Part shown: in pieces, positions 62,335 to 64,000 of the stretch
Layout: each line of letters starts with the position of its first letter
How positions within the stretch are numbered: the stretch's first letter is position 1
IMG/VR virus record: IMGVR_UViG_2974636330_000001
Location: 21,023 to 85,022 of that record
Source of the DNA: a virus
Taxonomy: Duplodnaviria > Heunggongvirae > Uroviricota > Caudoviricetes
Reading direction: 5' to 3' (one strand)
DNA length: 64,000 bases
Notes under the pieces: model-generated
Database searches by the model: none
The model's input: only the letters and a program-made list of their open reading frames with translations
Told to the model about the DNA's origin: nothing
Made by a program: the position numbers and the translations under genes

Positions 62335-62627
62335 TGCCAGTATCGTTCAAACAGCGCGAGCCGGTGCAGCAGGACAGCGTGCAATCAATTGCACCGGAAC
62401 AGATGAGCCGCCAGCAGCTGATCGCCGCCATGATGGAAGATCGTCTGGACCCGGCCTGCTCCATCCGACCGGTGATGCAGAACCTGTTGCTCAATGGGCA
62501 CAAGGGGTTCAACAACATGTCGGATGCTGAACTGCTGGACGAAGTGCTGAATATGGGCACGTTCCCGGAAGAAGAGCGAATCCTTCCGAAGTCGCAAGCC
62601 TCGATCCTGCCGGTAAATAAGGCGTAA
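62334..62627 (+). CDS. hypothetical protein
   Basis: 97-aa ORF with ATGA-type coupling. Confidence 0.45.
   Translation: MPVSFKQREPVQQDSVQSIAPEQMSRQQLIAAMMEDRLDPACSIRPVMQNLLLNGHKGFNNMSDAELLDEVLNMGTFPEEERILPKSQASILPVNKA
62380..62393 (+). repeat. TGCAATCAATTGCA (in CDS, VQSIA)
   Basis: exact match. Confidence 0.9.
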
Positions 62628-62632
62628 ACCTC

Positions 62633-62686
62633 TTGATTTTGGTGCGGAAACCCGTACCATAAGCGTTCAAACCAATGGAGTGTTAG
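62633..62686 (+). promoter_or_regulatory. promoter TTGATT(62633-38)-N16-TACCAT(62655-60), leader CCAATGGAGTG
   Basis: Spacer TTGGTGCGGAAACCCG matches the spacer at 54322-37. Upstream of the second AAA+ gene. Confidence 0.5.
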
Positions 62687-63898
62687 ATGGACATGCTGAA
62701 ACTGGCGGCGCAGGCCCGCATCCCCTTCATCGCGGTGAAGACCGATGACCTGATCTACAGCACCGATGTGCTGGAGTTCGTGACCGGCGAGAAGATCGCC
62801 CCGTTCTTCCCGGACAACCTCGGGCCTGACCTGAGCCAGCTGTCCTTGCCGGACTCCAATATCCTGTGGACTTCGTTGCAGATCGAGTCGAAGGAATTGT
62901 ACCTGAAACTCGAAATCGAGAAGAAGACGCTGGTGTTCATCAATCCGCCGAAGGCCAGTGCGTTGCACTTCAACGCAGGCCAGCTGTTGCCGCCGCGCGA
63001 CATGATCCACAAGTTCCTGAAGGACACCTTCAAGATCACCGCGAAGGCCGACGAACTGATCGGCGCGTTCGGTGGCCTGACCATGAAGGACACCCGCGAA
63101 CTGATCCAAATGTCGGTGGAAGAATGGGGCGACGTGACCCCCAAGATGATCAACGATCTGCGCCAGTCCTACGTGACCAAGCTGAAGGGCATGGTGCAGG
63201 TGGACACGACGCAGGACTACTACGCGATCCCGAAGTACCTGTCGAAGTGGCTGGGCGAGAACCTGATGTTCTTCACCGACGACGTGGCCGAAGCCCTGCG
63301 CCCGCGTGGCCTGCTGTTCGATGGCATCCCCGGCACCGGCAAGACCGCAGCGTCCAAGGCGATTGCGAACCAGCTGGGTATGCCGCTCTTCCGACTGGAC
63401 GTGGGCGGCATGAAGGGCAAGTACGTGGGCGACAGCGAAGGCAACCTCAACGCCGCGTTGCAGGCCATCGATCAGCTGGCCCCGTGCGTCGTGATCTTCG
63501 ATGAAATCGAGAAGATGTTCGGCGAACACCACGACGGCGGCACCACCGCGTCGATGCTCGGCACCCTGCTGTGGTGGTTGCAGGAACACAAGAGCAAGGT
63601 GCTGTCGATCATGACCACGAACAACAAGTCGGCCCTGCCGCCCGAACTGTACCGCGAAGGTCGTATCGACCAGACGATGTTGTTCAAGGGGCTGGAAACC
63701 TCGGACGAAGTGACGGCCTTCATCAACGGCCAGCTGGAAGCCACCTTGAAGAAGGTGGAAATCAAGGACGTGGACAGCCTGCGCAACACCCTGCATCAGA
63801 AGGTGAAGCTGAAGCCGCAGCCGGTGACGCAGGTGGCTATGACGAACCTGATCAACGAAGAAGTGAAGGCCCAGTTCCTGAAGGAGAAGGTGAAATGA
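62687..63898 (+). CDS. AAA+ ATPase, paralog of 9510..10667
   Basis: Leader CCAATGGAGTGTTAGATG behind TTGATT-N16-TACCAT. Walker A GIPGTGKT, Walker B VIFDEIEK, sensor-1 TTNN, arginine finger ELYREGRID. The N-terminal ~190 aa aligns with the first AAA+ protein. Confidence 0.75.
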   Translation: MDMLKLAAQARIPFIAVKTDDLIYSTDVLEFVTGEKIAPFFPDNLGPDLSQLSLPDSNILWTSLQIESKELYLKLEIEKKTLVFINPPKASALHFNAGQLLPPRDMIHKFLKDTFKITAKADELIGAFGGLTMKDTRELIQMSVEEWGDVTPKMINDLRQSYVTKLKGMVQVDTTQDYYAIPKYLSKWLGENLMFFTDDVAEALRPRGLLFDGIPGTGKTAASKAIANQLGMPLFRLDVGGMKGKYVGDSEGNLNAALQAIDQLAPCVVIFDEIEKMFGEHHDGGTTASMLGTLLWWLQEHKSKVLSIMTTNNKSALPPELYREGRIDQTMLFKGLETSDEVTAFINGQLEATLKKVEIKDVDSLRNTLHQKVKLKPQPVTQVAMTNLINEEVKAQFLKEKVK

Positions 63899-64000
63899 GT
63901 TTCGGCGACTACATCGAGAGCCAGTTCCCCGGCATCAAGTGGAACGGGCGCAGCCATATCCACCGCAGTATCTGTGGCAACTTCGGCATGGACCAGCAGT
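63898..64000 (+). CDS. hypothetical protein, 3' end beyond window
   Basis: ATGA overlap with the AAA+ gene; open to the window end. Confidence 0.35.

Noticed and set aside
1-64000. CRISPR array, integrase/attachment site, transposase
   Set aside because: No regularly spaced direct repeats with unique spacers were seen. The only recurrent word is the dispersed 14-bp palindrome. No recombinase or transposase motifs were recognised. The partial tRNA-Ser 3'-end similarity at 29709-29720 (CTCTATCTCC) is too short to call an att site.

Overview
This GC-rich (~60%) window reads as one contiguous stretch of a large tailed dsDNA phage genome. All of the roughly 110 supportable protein genes lie on the + strand and are tightly packed, with frequent ATGA/GTGA stop-start overlaps. 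The six-frame track also shows long minus-strand ORFs that I treat as antisense artefacts of GC-rich coding DNA. Reading 5' to 3', the window contains the following.

- **Tail-fibre module (1-5.1 kb).** Ig-like, collagen-like and ConA-like fibre proteins.
- **Lysis cassette (5.2-8.0 kb).** Membrane proteins flanking a GH108 endolysin, followed by overlapping i-/o-spanins.
- **Early/replication region (8-28 kb).** Many small genes, each behind the same promoter-leader cassette. Recognisable products are two paralogous AAA+ ATPases, a DnaB helicase, a primase, a zinc-ribbon SSB-like protein, an SF2 helicase, a RecA-like recombinase, a Cas4-like nuclease, RuvC, a MazG-like protein and a lysine/alanine-rich histone-H1-like protein.
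- **tRNA cluster (29.2-29.9 kb).** Five tRNAs, one with an apparent CUA anticodon, flanked by strongly structured non-coding DNA.
- **Accessory genes (30-43 kb).** An SPFH-like lipoprotein, a rhomboid protease and a GalE-like epimerase.
- **Sugar-modification cluster (43.2-48.6 kb).** LmbE/PIG-L deacetylase, SDR epimerase, DegT aminotransferase, a methyltransferase-like protein and a GT4 glycosyltransferase.
- **Packaging and nucleotide metabolism (48.9-53.6 kb).** ParB-like nuclease, putative small terminase, large terminase, ThyX and a DUF3310 protein.
- **Late small genes (53.6-64 kb).** A secreted Gly/Ser/Asn-rich protein, a DUF1643 protein, an ATP-dependent DNA ligase and the second AAA+ ATPase.

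The most striking signal is a 14-bp near-palindrome, TGCAAT(CA/TG)ATTGCA. It occurs at least 19 times exactly, plus 4 one-mismatch copies, roughly once per 3 kb, in intergenic DNA and inside unrelated genes. A second signal is a reused regulatory cassette: phased GCGAAAA repeats, a terminator hairpin, TTGCGC-N16-TATNNT, then CAATGGAGTGA-N5-ATG. Coordinates are hand-derived and may be off by a few bases.
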